64,000 nt of DNA from positions 43,400,001 to 43,464,000 of the forward strand of contig OZ260662.1 of assembly GCA_965285935.1 (NCBI GenBank), given 5' to 3'. The position numbers and the translations under genes are program-made. This DNA comes from Ophelia neglecta (taxonomy: Eukaryota). The notes below the pieces were generated by a model. The model did no database searches. It worked only from the letters and a program-made list of their open reading frames with translations, and was not told the origin of the DNA. Below are positions 12,501-27,006 of this stretch, piece after piece. How positions within the stretch are numbered: the first letter of the stretch is position 1; every line of letters begins with the position of its first letter.

Positions 12501-15500
12501 GCTTTAACATATAGAACAAACGTTGGTCTCCCAAACCTTCCCACTTAACAAAAACCTGACGAGTATAACATAATGGATGTTAGTATCACTTCGATTGAAG
12601 AGTAATTCCAATTCACCTCGCATAACAAAGCGAGTACAGTAGAGATCAATATTGTAAAATGTGACTGACTTCTGCATAATAGGATTTTGTGACGAGGTCA
12701 ATTTTATATGTCGGAATGTCATTTGCACCGTTTAAATGTTCCTAAGTTCATTTCAGCACATATTACTTTTTGCACATGCTTTTGTACTTTTATTCCGTTC
12801 GGTATCTAAATAATGAACGGATTTTTAAATATAATTCGTCCCCTTGGGTAGATATTCTATAAGAGCTTTAAATCGATTTATAAAGGGATTACTTAATCAA
12901 AAGACTTTAAAGCCGGATTCTTCTCTCATAGTCAAATACAATTTCGGGGCTATGCAGTAAAATCCCACCTGGTACAAATACTGCTGTTATATGAATAAAT
13001 GTTTTGTATTACAGTTCTAGGAATTATGGCTGTGGAAGATCGAAAAACTCACATTAACATGCATCACAATAGTCGAGAATATCGTATAGATTCGCATTTT
13101 ACTTAAGACAGACTTGACTCGGCCGTTTACCGTGACAACGTTCAATAACGAAAGTTGTACAATGGATTAGAAGGAAATACTGAATATCCAAACACAGGCA
13201 AAACACAGTAGCATGATCAATATAAGAGCAGAACAGATTGACAGTGGACGGCTTGTGGAGTAATTAGTGCAGATTCTGAAATAAAATACAGTAACTATTT
13301 ATTGCTTCATTCCTGGCTGTATCAAGAAAGGCGTTCAAAGGTGGAACATATAGTTAATTTGATATTTTTTCTTACCTTACAACACAAGTATAAAATGGAG
13401 GGGGGGGGGGAGGTATTAGCTTTTTCGTCATTGGAAAGAATCCTATCGGACTAGGACTTCATTGATCGTAATTCTACAACAGATAGTTTAACCAGTAAAT
13501 TGCGCTAATACTCTTTGCCTTTGTGCAACATTGTATTGACGACTAGCTGAGTTCCCACAGGCAGGGGGATCAATGATTGAAGTGCTATGTGCCTGGGAAT
13601 CAGCTAAGCATCGCCTAGTATTCGGTGCAATTTCCTGTATATGACTTTTTAAAAATGTTTTTATACGTTGTCTATAAGGTGCGAGTTTAATGACTTTATA
13701 TCGTTTATCAGCCAATTTTTTAGAGGCACTTTACCCACTGGAGTTTCGCATTCACAAAATATAGTCTCCATATCGTAATTTTTCAAGGCCTTATTTCACC
13801 CTCGTTCTACGTTGCTCACTATTTTGTTTCGTTATGGTATGACTCACGTCGCGGTAAACGGCTGCCTACTTCTCATACAAGGGATATCATACTTGATACA
13901 AATTTAATTTATAAGGGGAAGCGGGGACATAAACATTTGTGGAGCGAGGCTGCAGCTAAAGGTAGCTGATAATTTTGGAGCGTGTTATTGATAAATCTTG
14001 ATTAAGACTGTCTGTCGGGAATCCACTCTGTTTTTTTAATGAATGGATACCTTTTTATAATGATTGTTTTGTCATGTAAAAGCAAGTTGAAAGTTGAGTG
14101 ATTAGGGTGGGTGTTTAAAGAAGGCCGGGACGGGGTCGAAAGGCGTTCGGGTGTGTGTGAATGTGAGGGGGATGGCTTACATCATAAGTAGTATGATGGA
14201 GAGGGTCGGGGCGAGCGGGAGGGGGATATTATGAATAGATCTACTGACTAGGCTTCCAGGCCACTGCATTATTCATTTTTCTATCCCATCTGTTTACGCA
14301 ATGACCTTGCAATAACCGATGCTATCTAATGGTCTTTGGAGGAAAGAAACGCTTTATGCTTTGACAAATTGGGGGCATTTAGGGTAATGCCCCAAGAGTC
14401 AAACTTATGTATGCTAATTAAGGAGGTTCATGCTTTCTCGTTATTCGTTATAGATATTAAACAATGTAGGATACAGGGAGGCCACGTAGGCCTATGATTG
14501 GTTTTAGGTCGTAGTTTCGAGGAATCACATTCCCTATAAAACGATGAATTGCTATAAAACAGGTCAAAAAGATGTATAATAAAAATGGGTGGTGCCAGAC
14601 CAAGTTAATTGTCTACTGTATTCAGTTTTACAGTGATTCTATTAGGCTAGGTACGTGTTTTTTCACAATTTTCTCGCCTCAGAGACAAACATGCATTGTT
14701 GTTACAATGCTCGCTCGCCATGCTGACCTTGGCCGAATACTGGTTGCGGGTCATTTTATTTATTCTACTGTTTAATAGTTTATCGCTCTATTGAACCTAA
14801 TTAGTAGGATGAATATGTAACAGAGAAGCTTGATCTAGCCAGGATCATGATGATGAAAAACGTCACATATAAACAAAACCACATTCCAGAAAAAGAATCG
14901 TGGGGCTAAGTACGTAACTATATATAGGGCCCAAATTTATTAATCTGATTGTGTGGAACAAATGGGAGTTGATACCGGGCAGACCATATAGAATCATAAA
15001 TAACCAAGTATTTACATTTAATTGGTCTGAATTCATCAGGAAACTTCGAACAGCTGCAGGCCCAGAGATATAAATTCTCATTCTCATGATTTTAAATACC
15101 CGTGAACAGCATAATTGTGTGTTCCATCAGTACAGATCCCGACACATGTTTCACTACTATGGCTTTTGCCACCATCGTTATTCCTTCTATGGAAAAATTA
15201 AGCTAACTTTGATTTTTTAAATGGAAACATAATAACTTATCAATACAATGTAGTTTGAATGACACTGACAACTAGGCTATATCTGGTCTGTTTGTCGACT
15301 CTCAGTCTATTTAAACGGTAGGGCTGTGGCAAAATATGCCTACTTCCGGTATCTTGGGACACCTCTCACTGTGCACGTCCCGTCTTCTAGCGATTCTCTG
15401 ACATCTGAGCCCTTACTGCTAGGTCGCATGGCGCAGGTACAGTGTCCGACGGATTTCTAATGGCTTGAGTTAGCTATGGTCATTAGTACGCTTATAGTTT

Positions 15501-18500
15501 GTAGCGTCTTTAATTCTTTTAATTTTTGCTGACTTCATAGAGCTGCGGTTTAGCCAGGCTTTTGACAGATAGAACTCGGGGGTCTAGTGATACAGGGACA
15601 ATTAAGATGTGCCATTCGAATGAACTTCAACGTAAAGTACCTGTACATCGATACTCGTGCATTTTCTTTATTAATTTACCTGTTCTCTTACACTTTTCTC
15701 TTTATTCAATCATGCCACCAGTAAATTGGCATACTTCTATAATACGTTCATCGGATAAGATATGAAGCTCATATTGAATATTCTTTAAAATAGAACGAAA
15801 GCCCAGCATATTCCCAAAGGTAGATGAGATATCTTCACATGCCGAACACAAACCTAATCACAGAAAATAATTTAGTTCCGTGTCCATCCCCCTAATAAGT
15901 AAGTACTAGCTTCCAAGGGCATAATGCAGCAAACGATCAAAACAGCTATTACCATCTCAATGTTGTTTATCTTCTTTCAGTCAAACAACCAAACGTGTTC
16001 TCAAGTATTCAATTAGCTGTATTTTGGGAAGGTAGATAGGTGAACTCCTGAATGGCTCAACATTTCCGGGAACATGTAGTGTTTAGTCTATCAGTTGTGT
16101 ATGAGGCCTGAGTAGATAACCCAATAGATCCGTCTTACTTGCTGACAGCTTAACAAGTTTGCGTATTGCGATGATGGAAGGTTGGTTGGCTTTGAACCAT
16201 CATACCATAGTGGTTGAACGCCATTCACGACAATCTTCGAACAGTAATACTCTCATGGCAGTGCCCAAAATAAAACTCTAAAGTGACTGCTCAAAGACTT
16301 TCGGCTGAGGGAAAACAGAGCGTTTCCTTTCACTTCCACATGGATGTCCGCCATTGCACAAGTGTAGGCCAACAGGGACATTTCTTGTAAAGTGTTTACT
16401 TATACCGAAATCGAACAGATTGCAAGCAAGAAAATTCACAAAAATCCTTAAGCACCACAGTTAAAATGCTGTAGCTTGCAGACATTATGTTGTTGGGCAT
16501 GCCTTTGTCAGTTTCATGTATGCGCTCTAAACATGTCAGCAACATGTTCTAGAAATATGGTTGCCAGCCTTGTGTTAAACCATCTATAGATTAAGGGATT
16601 CATTGCCAAGGGCCACGAATCTCGGGAGCCATTACCTCTCCAGCACATCATCTTCACCTCTTCATATATCTTATTGAACCAATGAACTTAGGTCACATGT
16701 TACGCATGGGCATATGTCCGATACGAGCTATGAGATGTAGCTTGTGTGAGCAAGGGCAAACATGTTGAGAACCTCATTACTTTATTTATTGGAAACTATG
16801 TGGTAACCCTTCCAACAGCAGTATTCCAGTTTCCACACTAGGCAGAGATATGAGGATATACTCTCATAAAACTTCCTTAAGTTCATTCATGATTGCCGAG
16901 GGCATAAAATCTCCTAAAATTGATGATATCAAATTCGAACACTTCGATGGCTTAATCATCAAATCCTAAAGGTTTATGAGAATTAAAAACAAAATGTACT
17001 GTCAATGGACAATTAAAACATAAGGAACGGCGTGAAATTATGAAATAATATATCCCCAGTCCTATATTGCATTCAGTTGAAGAGAAAAGCAATACATGCT
17101 TTGGAAATACTTTATAGAAAGACGGTGATGGGAATAATATCCTCATTGTGAGCAATGACGTGGCGGGGACAGAAGTTACTACCGTTCACGTTTCACTATC
17201 GGCCCGTCAACATCAAGAGGACAGCCAAATATATGACAGATCTACTTATCTGAATCGAACAATTTTACGAGATCATGCTTATATTATGATACACGACACG
17301 ACCCATTGAACACTCACTCTACAATAAATCATGTTCTTTTGACTATAAAATTCGTTAATTCTCTTTCAGATGATCTAGAATGCTAATTTCTGCAAAGGAG
17401 TTATATCAATAAGATTATTAGTTAGGTAGGACTGAATCAGTTCTTATACCAATGATCATAATGTTTTTCATTAGTTGGTTGCATAGATATATACGGCTTT
17501 GTACTCTGTCAGGAACACGCTTATCGATGTGTTGGCTTTCTCTTGTAGTCTACCCACAACACTTATTCTGTCATGGCACTGTTGAAAATCCAGCTCGTTT
17601 CCGACACATTCACCCAACGGAGGAAAAGAACAAATGTAAACATTACCTTAATAAGCGTTTGTCAATAATTCTTTCTTCACAATAACATGTCCGCTAATGA
17701 TGTCGTATTCCTTGTATGAACCACCGATGGGGAACTGAATGTACTTTTTTTATATGGTCACCATATATTTCGTCAAGATGCTCGAGTCAATTAAGAAGCT
17801 GTTTCCTGTCAATAATATCCCTTGGTTTCTCGTAACTCCTTAAGGGTTCCACGACTCGGTCAACATAGCAGACGAGCTGAAGCTTCATTAAAGCCAGGCT
17901 GGCAACTTTATGATTAGAAACGCTAGGCCAACATACAAGTGGGTCACTTGAAATTTGTTACTAAATCTAGATATTTACAGCGCAATCAAATCGACATTAA
18001 CAGTTGTGCTAGGAAAGAGGAAAGATTAGGTGAAGTCGATCAAGTGGTTGGGTTCTGTACCTGGCCAGGCCTTAATCTAAAGGTCTGACGTTTCGAGAGC
18101 TACTATGCCGTAAAGCTAATCGATATGGTTGTTACATTATAATCCGGAATCCACACTACCTAACTCATTTGAAGTCAATATATGTTTTCTTAATTTGCAA
18201 CTTATAGAAGAAGCACGACACGCAGTTTATATAGCTTTATTAAAATACAGAAAAACATGTCTATTACTGTACAGTATTTTTTCTAACTATATTAATAAAC
18301 CTTTGCTTTCGCAATTGACGTCGTTGAATGGGGTAAAGGTGGAGCTGACAAGTTAAGTGCACTCATAGATAAATGAATGTTGACGATGCAAGTATATTTT
18401 GACCTACGTTTACTGACAATTAAAACAAATAACAGTCAATAATAAATCGTGAGCATTTTCGTAACAAGCTGGCTTGTTTTAGACAGCTTTCACCATGGTG

Positions 18501-20718
18501 CTACAGCAGCAAGTGAAGCTCAGGGTACTGATTGTGAAGCAACTACAACCAAGTAAATTATACCGAGCAGCGACAGAGAAATAAATGCTAGATTCTCTTA
18601 CAGGATTCACATTGATTGCAACGCCGTGCCCTTGTAAGGGAATATAGGTTAAATTCATACGTATATTCCAAAAATAAACAGCATATTAAGCTCATACTTT
18701 ATTATACAACATCAGTCATGATCCATAGATATACATTGTACATTCTTCTGTGTGATGTTTGATAAAGGAAAAAGTGTTAAACACAAGTCTCAAAAGAACA
18801 GTACAACGTTTAAGCCGGCAGAAGTATATAAAGCCTGTAAAATAGTAACTATTTGTCCACAAATGCCACGGGGGTATTTGACCTTGGAAGAAGAACGTCG
18901 TGAACTTTTAGTCCAACCCCACTAAATAGTAGTTTTTAGAAGGATGGATTATAATGCCTTAGACTGGGAGTCACCATAGATGGTTTAGTGATTGGCGTAC
19001 ATATAAGGATAACATTCGTGGAAAATAATACAATAATATTTATATTACACACAATACTCTTTAACTGACACACTTATGCTTGAAAGTGTTGTGTCATGGT
19101 ACAAATGTCATTCGGTGGCTTTATGAATAATGATGACAAAGGCTGATACCGCTTGACAAGTGATATATATATATAACAAAAAAATCCTTTCTGATTATAT
19201 AAAGACAAACGATTATTAATCATGTCTAATCTGTACAAGTTATATCTCCCTTGAAAAACAAATATGCTAATAATGATCTTGACTATATAGTAAGATACAA
19301 ATAGGATCAAAGTTTATAGTAAAAGGGACGCAAGTGCGAACCAAAACATGACATGGCAGTTGAGCCCCCAGCCATACGCTGACTATGGATGAACTGTTGT
19401 TCTTTTTGTTTGTGAACACGTGTTTTAAATATGACTAACATAGATGCCAGAGTTTGACGACGACATTGGCTGAAATTTTAACTGATCCATCACACAATAA
19501 CCTGTATAACAAAGTATGTGTTTGTCATGGAAGAGCAAAACATGAGACATTATACTGTTAAACATAGAGGCCAAAGTCAATGAAACCGATGGGCCCTTAA
19601 AAAGTCATAAACTGCAATTTCAAGAAGGAATAGCAATGGCAACCCTTAAAGGATTAGCCATTCAAAGGAAAAGACATTGGACATAATTAATGCATCATCT
19701 CATAGTTGCGTATAATATCAAATTGCTTATCTATATAAATATGGCTTACTAATATAAAAAAAAATACCTTAATTTATTATTTTAGCCTCTACAGTTTGCA
19801 GTAATATTTATTTCAGTTAGCAAAAACGATTTATGGTACTGGTCGGTTTCCATGAGAAATAACCTTCAATACACACAGCTATTTGAGCTTGAAAAGACCA
19901 ATATTGCAAATAAGACAAATAAGGTTATTTGGCAAAACTTCGTTCTTTCTCTTTGCTGAAATTGTGTCTCACATATTATACGTGCATAACTAGTCAAATG
20001 TAATATCGTTAACACTATAGATCTGCATAGTAAGATTCAAACTAGACAACATCCCTCTTGCTGACACGGTCTTTGAGCCCCGGAGTAAGACCGGCTTTCG
20101 GATTGTAAAACTTATGTAGCAAACCCTGGCTGTAAGCGCAAATTTACAACTAAATTGACAAGCTGCTTACTATATGTAAATGCTATCGTCGGTTGAGTTA
20201 CATTTTATGGAACTGCATCAGGCCCATCGAGGTTAGGTTTCCTTGAGGTGTTATGTCGGCGACTTCCACAAAAGGTTTCCCTAGTAGTGCAGATGTTTGG
20301 AGATGGACATGAGAAATAATTTTTCAAAAAAAAAATAGAACAGATATACCAATGGAATTACTGCGATTAATTGAATGTGATTATATGTTCATTGTGAAAG
20401 TATTAGGAGATAATGATACAGACAGATACACAAATATTATTAAATAAACACGTCATGAAGTATAACTTTATGAAGTGTATTACCGTATTATGAGCAATAA
20501 CACCCCTCTGCTGGCGGTGTCCTTCAACCGACAATTCTGAAAAGTGGCATCAGGACAGTCGATGGACGGGGGAACATGGTAGGCAAAATTCAGAGTTCTA
20601 TTTCTGGTGTGGAAAATAGAGTTAAGAGGAGACGTTTACGCTAACAGCTCAATATATTGTGTCACAACAGGTTGACGCTCAGTGACAAAAAAAAATACAA
20701 AGCATGCCTAGGCGAACA

Positions 20719-20925
20719 GAGAGGAGTCTCCGTGGTCCAGTGGTAGCGTGCTGGACCTCCGACCTCCAAGGTCTGAGTTCGAACCCAGCTTGAGAGGGCT
20801 GTTTTCAACCTAACCTTGTGTCGGGGGAGTGATTCATCAGACCTTCGCCTCATCTTTCCAAGAGACTCCCTGTCCCGATATGACCTCTCAAGTGTTGAAA
20901 GGGACGTTAAAACCCATACATTTAA
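20719..20925 (+). mobile_element. tRNA-derived SINE, complete, with 12-bp target-site duplication
   Basis: Pol III A-box-like TGGTCCAGTGG (20733-20743) and B-box GAGTTCGAACC (20775-20785). The body is not tRNA-like and the 3' end reads ...GTTGAAAGGGACGTTAAAACCCATACATTTAA. A perfect direct repeat CCTAGGCGAACA flanks it at 20707-20718 and 20926-20937. Confidence 0.92.
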
Positions 20926-22519
20926 CCTAGGCGAACATTGTGGTAGGAGCCGAAAGTTGCTATCTATTTCCGTTACGTGTATAATGTAAATGTAACTTTT
21001 ATGTCTGAGATGGTAACTTTTGGCTCGGACTATACTTTCTGCAAATGAAGAGGAGCGGAGCCAAAATGCGACCTCAATCGTGTAGATAACAACTCATGCC
21101 AGACATGACTGATTTCCCTATGCTTTTTACGCGGCTTAGTACGCGGAAATCCTTTCCCCTTAATATGTGTGTAAAATTATACATGATTCAATCAATTGTA
21201 GTTCTAGCTATATCTTAAGTACCACACCATTTATAGGCAGGTTGAGTGGCCTGACAGAATACATTCTTATTATATACATAAATCTATACAAAAGGTTAAT
21301 TACCTCGTTAGGTCGGACAATGTTTCCACTAAAATTAAAACCGTGGATAATGTGTCAATTGTACTAAATCAGGGCCAAGTCTGCATACCTTCCCCCCACC
21401 CCGATCACTATCACCACCATACCCCATTCCCAGCGTGTTTCTCGGAGCCCTAGCTCTCTGGCAAACCAATCTCCATCGCCATATCAGTCAAAGTGGTATA
21501 AATGCAAGTGGTCTGTCAGGCAACAATGAAAACAATTCGTAAAATTACAGTTAAGTGTTGATGCGGGTAGAAACCCTACAATAAGAAATGATTTGTTGTC
21601 ATTTACTATTAAATCTGAGTTGTTTTGAGGATCCAATGCACATGTGTGTAAGATAAGATCACATTCTGCTGAGGAGTCATTTCTGAAAACAGTTGACTAG
21701 GTCTCATTGAAAGTGACTGTTTGGGAGCTGGGGATTGATGTATAGATGCGTGCGGGCCTGTAGCGGCTGGTTCCTGAGGATTCATGGCCGATTTTTCATA
21801 GATAACAGTTTGGTATAATTTAATTACTAAATGTTACATACAAAAAAAATCACCTTTCATCATGTACATAGTACTTTACCGTTCAAAGGTACGTTAAACA
21901 GCTTTCTGCGCGACAAAAAGGCAAGAGACATTAGCTTCTTGAAAGCGAATCCAGGAGTTGCTTCTCAAAAGTGGCATTTAAGGCAAAATCCATTAATTGT
22001 TTAGTGGTTCTGCCGTTTTCCACTTTGCGGATGCTTTTTCATGAAACGACTCAAAAGTTTACGCACCATTTAAAAGTTAGTCAAAAATACATTTGCCACT
22101 TTCCCACCACCAACACGGCTGTAATTTAGCAGACTAATGACACAAGTGAGTAATATATACGTATACTCCCTTGGCCATGACCTCTATCTAAGGAAATGTA
22201 TGGCGCCATAGGCAGTTGACTATGTGCTACGTTTAATTGGGGATACCATAAAGTGTGAAATTATTGCCTCATATAAAAAACTGAGTTAACAATTCAGAAA
22301 AAATGTAATTATACAAATCAATTCATGGCCTTAGATGCATTCCATAATTTTCCTTGATTTGTTCTCGTAAATCAAACACGTATTTATTTATTTATTTATT
22401 TCGTATGCCTCCTATACAGGAGAGTATATAACATATTACAGAGAAAAACAAAATTAGCACATTTACACTAAGAATAAAGTGACCGGTACGTATGTACAGA
22501 CATCCTTAAATGCTATCCT

Positions 22520-25500
22520 CTACCCATGTCGCCCACTGCTTAACATCTGCCGACGACTTGACATAATACGCGAAATGGCAATAGCTGCTTCATAGGTAGG
22601 GTTCGCCAGTATCAATTCGCACAATCTATCTAAATCTCCAGAATGACGGCTGAGGTCACCGACTATTTCTAACAGCTGTGTTCTCGAGGTCCCCAGTGGC
22701 TCACAGAAAAGGAGAGTGTGTCTAATCGACTGAGCTTCTCCACACAACGTGCAAGCTTTTTCGTCTTAATCAAAGCCTTCCCCCACAATTACTCTAATCA
22801 CGGCTCTGCAGCAATGCAAACTATTTGGGAATTGTCTGGCAAGATCCCACCATGCGTGCATTTGGATGTTGGGTACAATAGCTCTAAAAACCGTCAGCTT
22901 GCTCCCATGGAGGACACTAACTATCCATCTATTGTGTTCCCTGGCGGTCGCCACAGCCTTAACCAACCGCTTCCATTAAGCCTTGCCCGGTATTTTTCCA
23001 CCTTCAACCATGCTATGGATGTGATCAGATAGGCCGTGCGTTTTACATGCATTGTACATGATGCTGATCGGGCTCTGGGGGAACCGTTGATGATCTTTAG
23101 AACAGTATGTGATCACCGATACCGCTATCCTACGGTATATGACATCAGTGGATAAGGCAAGTATAGATGTCAGTAAGTTCATACGACGTTTGTCCAGGTA
23201 ACATCGTAAAGTGCACCACCCAAGTGGGGCTAGTACAGCGGCACTCGAGGTGCGTTCAGGTAAGTCTTGTATTTTTCTGGCAAACGCTCGATGTTGTTTC
23301 TCCAAAAATTCCATCAGACTGACGTCAAGTTTTAACACCTCAAAACCATATAGCCAGGATGGCACTATTACAGTCCAGTAAAGTTTGGATGCCAAAGCCG
23401 GATTTATACCACCATGACCCGCAAGAGTGAAACTTTGCTTTTGCTTTTATGGTCTTTTCTTCAACAGCTTGGCGAAGCAGGCCGGGGTTTGTAACAAGTG
23501 GCATGCCCATGTGGTTTGTGATTTCGACAATGGGTATCCTCTCTCAGTCCATTTGAATGTTTATATTTGTCACAGTACAACGTTGGTTTGGGGGATGAAA
23601 GACCAGAACTTCGCTCTTAGTTGCGTTAAATTCTAGTCGCCACATTCTTGCGTATTCTGACGCTAAGTTGAGCATTGTCTGCATATTTTTTCGCAGACAA
23701 TGCCAGTACACTAATGTCATCGGCGAACGTTGGGTCAGCCACGCATTCCCCATGAGCAATTGGGCCGCAACCAGAATCATAAATCGTGTTCACAAGTCCT
23801 GCATAGTATGCCATGAAGGCAAGCATGCTAAGTTTGCCTCCCTGAACTACTCCTTGTCCCATCTTAAAGGAGGACGCAGCTTTGTGGCCAAGGTAAACAC
23901 TGACATGAAAACCTTTGAACCATGCGGAGAGCATGTGCCACGCCTTCCCAGATATACCCATATCGAAAAGTTTCACAAGTAAACCGTCAAGCCACACCTT
24001 GTCAAAGGCCTTACGGCAATCCAGCATAGTTAAATACACTGTTGACTGGAGACGGCTTGTGAATTCGACGGCCTCTCGTAGAAGAATGGAAGTCTGTAAG
24101 CTGGAGCATCCGCCTATCGCTGCTCCCTGTGTTGGCCCCAAATTATTGTTGGCTTTAAGGTGTTGTCCTATCCGAGTCATAAAACGGTCAGAAGCGTCAC
24201 TTTTCTGTAATTATCCATCTTCTGAGGATTATTTTTGCCTCCCTTGAATAAGGGGATTATAATACCAATTTTAAAGTTTTCAGGAATGTATTCCCTTTCA
24301 ATGATAGCGTTGAAGACTGACGTGATGACATTCAGCCCCCTATCACCCATGTTTCGCAAATGTTCCGGCGTGATCGCGTCAAAGCCTCCAGCTTTGCCGG
24401 CTTTCAATGAACCTATTGCCTGTTTTGTCTCTGCCGGTGAGATCGGCGTCGAGAAAAATGGGTCGGTGTACGGCCTTCCAATTGTTTCTAGTTTTATTAC
24501 TCTCCGGCTTATTTCATCTGCAAATGTTCTGTCAAAGCGGGGATCATCCTTTGGTGTTGATAGCTTTTCAAAATAAATTCTCCAAGCTTCTCGAATGTCG
24601 TCTATCTTAGTTAGAAGGGTCCCTCTCTCATCTTCTACAGGGCGAATTGCTGTTTTTCATCCTAGAATTAACCAAGTTCCAAAACATGGACATATCAAAG
24701 TCAATTGAATTTACAATCTGTTCATTTTGTTTCGCCTCATATTCGTACTCTGCCTGGCGCCTACTACGGCGGAATACCCGTTTTAAGTCTTTATGTTCTA
24801 TGTATAGGTGATCATCATTAGCCCGTGGTTTTCCCGCTTGATTCCAGGCGTGCCACGCCCTTTTTGCCGATGTCTGTGTTTCTGTTAAAGTTCTGCTCCA
24901 ATATGGTTTGAGATGAGCCCTGAACTTTTGTGACGGAAGATTCTCTTCTGCGATTTTGTGCATTGATTCAATTAAATCATGCAAGACAACATCCACATCC
25001 ATATCCACTGTGAGTGCCTCCTCTAAGTTTGACAGATATCTGTCAAGTGGCATTGTATACCTTTTATTTTTCTCTGGATTATTCACTTTTTTCCATGCTA
25101 TCTTTGTTGGAAAATGAATGCTGGTTGTTTCATTAATGCCATCCGCTTTGCTGATGTTAACAGAAAGAAACATGGGAAGGTGGTCCGAAGGATTAAGCGG
25201 GTCCTCTAAGACCGAACAGCTATAAGTATCACGAGTAAGTTCAGTGGAAATCACCATGTGGTCAATATATGATATTATATTGTCATTCCCGTGTTTTTCA
25301 TACGAGTAGTTTGGGCCGCTACACTCTAAGAGGTCTCTTATCACCAGATTGTTTTCTAGTGCCATAGTGGCCAGTATTCTGCCGCTTTTTGAGGTTGATT
25401 TTAGTCCCCTGGTGCCAAACTCTTGTCCAAGTTGTGCATTGAAGTCTCCTGCAATAACCACAGGGCCTTTGGCTTTAATTTTAGCAAGAAACTCTTGAAG

Positions 25501-26148
25501 GGCCACCAGGGTTTCGCTGTAGTCATCGAAGTGACAATTCACCTGTGGTAAGTACACAGAGATTATATGCAGGTTAGTCTTGTTTGCGGTGATCCTTAGG
25601 GCAGCAAAACCGGTCGCTATTTGTTCTCACCTCGGTGACCCCAGCTGTCGATTTGCGCCACATTATGGCCACACCTCCGTGACCGATTACACGGTCACAG
25701 TTTGGGTTCTGCAGTCTCTTGCTGCTTTTTACTATAAAGCTGTAGTCTGGGTGTATATTTCGCAATTTATAATGTTCACATGCATAAAAAATGGCTCTGA
25801 CAGACATAGAAAATCACACTTCCCAAGTAGTTTGTTACAGAAAAACTGTGAGCCCATGAGCCCATTTGCATTCCAGCAGCATACAGTATACGGTTGATAC
25901 ATTGTTACAACATTGTTAGGCATAACATTATGGTGAGCATTCATATCTTTTTGCTCTGGGATATTTATCTTAATGTCATTAGTATTTACATTCAACTCCG
26001 TATTACTTATAGTACTCATTAGTTTCATAATGATAATTACCATTGTTTTCCTGATAGCCCCATGAGCCTGGCTGCCCGTAAGGCCTATTAACACTAGATT
26101 CCCCATAACCATGTTCGTAATTGGTGAATCTTTCATTTGGTTCATCAT
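22520..26148 (-). pseudogene. LINE ORF2 (APE endonuclease + reverse transcriptase + C-terminal CCHC), disrupted
   Basis: Endonuclease motifs: WNANGL, DFLCLSE, GHGGVAIMWRK, YLP, IAGDFNA, YIDH, SDHLP. RT motifs: GKAGGFDAITPEHL, IIIPLFKGG..DNYRKVTLL, LDCRKAFDKVW, GVVQGGKLS, FADDI, WRLEFNATKS. C-terminus: CTLC..HTLLFC. The frame is broken by frameshifts (~25790, ~25590, ~24655, ~24180, ~23690, ~23425) and in-frame stops (23544, 22976, 22766). Confidence 0.93.
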
Positions 26149-27006
26149 AAGACCATTTTCTACATTTTATTCCATCTGGCCAGAAGCCACCTAGCAGCAC
26201 TTTTGATACTTGGGCTTCGGGGACATTTATCCTACACCCAACACTTGTATCAGAGTATACTTAGTCTTGACTAAACGTGGGTTTATGACATTTACATTAA
26301 CATCTTTCGCCCATTGGACCATGCAATCCTTAATACCATCGTCGGTGTCTCCTTGATCCCTTTGTATGTGTTGAACATATACCATAACTGTCTTCTCAGA
26401 CTTCCACCCTTTGAGTGTCTTCTTGGGGTTAGACACATTGCTCATATTCCCATTTGTCCATTTCTTTTGACTCTTACATTGTTTTTTCTTGCGGACTTCC
26501 TGCCATGGACCCTCTCTCATTACCACGGATATATAGCTCGGAGTCGCGTCACTATATTTTTCGTGGTTTTCATTCGGCTTCGTCGGGGGAGGGGGTGTTG
26601 TTCCACCGTCGGTCCGTTGGGATTTTGTTACATTTTGTCCTTGGCTGTTAGTACGATTACCCACATCATTATCCCGAGATGTTGATGGGCCATTTGTTAA
26701 TGGACGCGACAGCCTCTGCTGAATGGGCTCACCCTGATTCGTGATTCCAGTAGCATAATTCTGCTCATTACCAGCACTACGACTCGGTTTAAGTGATGGA
26801 TTATGTTGATTAGCCATAGGTGGGCATGTCACCTCGGTTCGTTGATCTTGCCTGCTGACTGTTTCATGGGTCGTTGATTGCTGGTGTCCATCAGCCTTCG
26901 CTAGATCAGTGGTAGCGGCTTTTGTTTCTCTATTGTTAACAGCTTTATTGGTCGCCTGGCTTGTGTTGTTTGCAGTTGGACGTAGGGTGTCGGTACCTAC
27001 CGGCAT
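26003..27006 (-). pseudogene. LINE ORF1 (low-complexity N-terminal part, basic patch, RRM-like C-terminal domain), one frameshift
   Basis: ORF 26227..27006 continues after a frameshift near 26258 as SDTSVGCRINVPEAQVSKVLLGGFWPDGIKCRKW (ORF 26003..26200). WPxGIxxRxW/F is a typical end of non-LTR ORF1 RRM-like domains. It lies directly upstream of ORF2. Confidence 0.8.

Noticed and set aside
14203-14225. Canonical G-quadruplex motif
   Set aside because: The motif is real but G-runs are common throughout this window and nothing points to function.
20719-20800. tRNA gene
   Set aside because: The A/B boxes are present but the acceptor and anticodon stems are imperfect, and the head is part of a TSD-flanked SINE.
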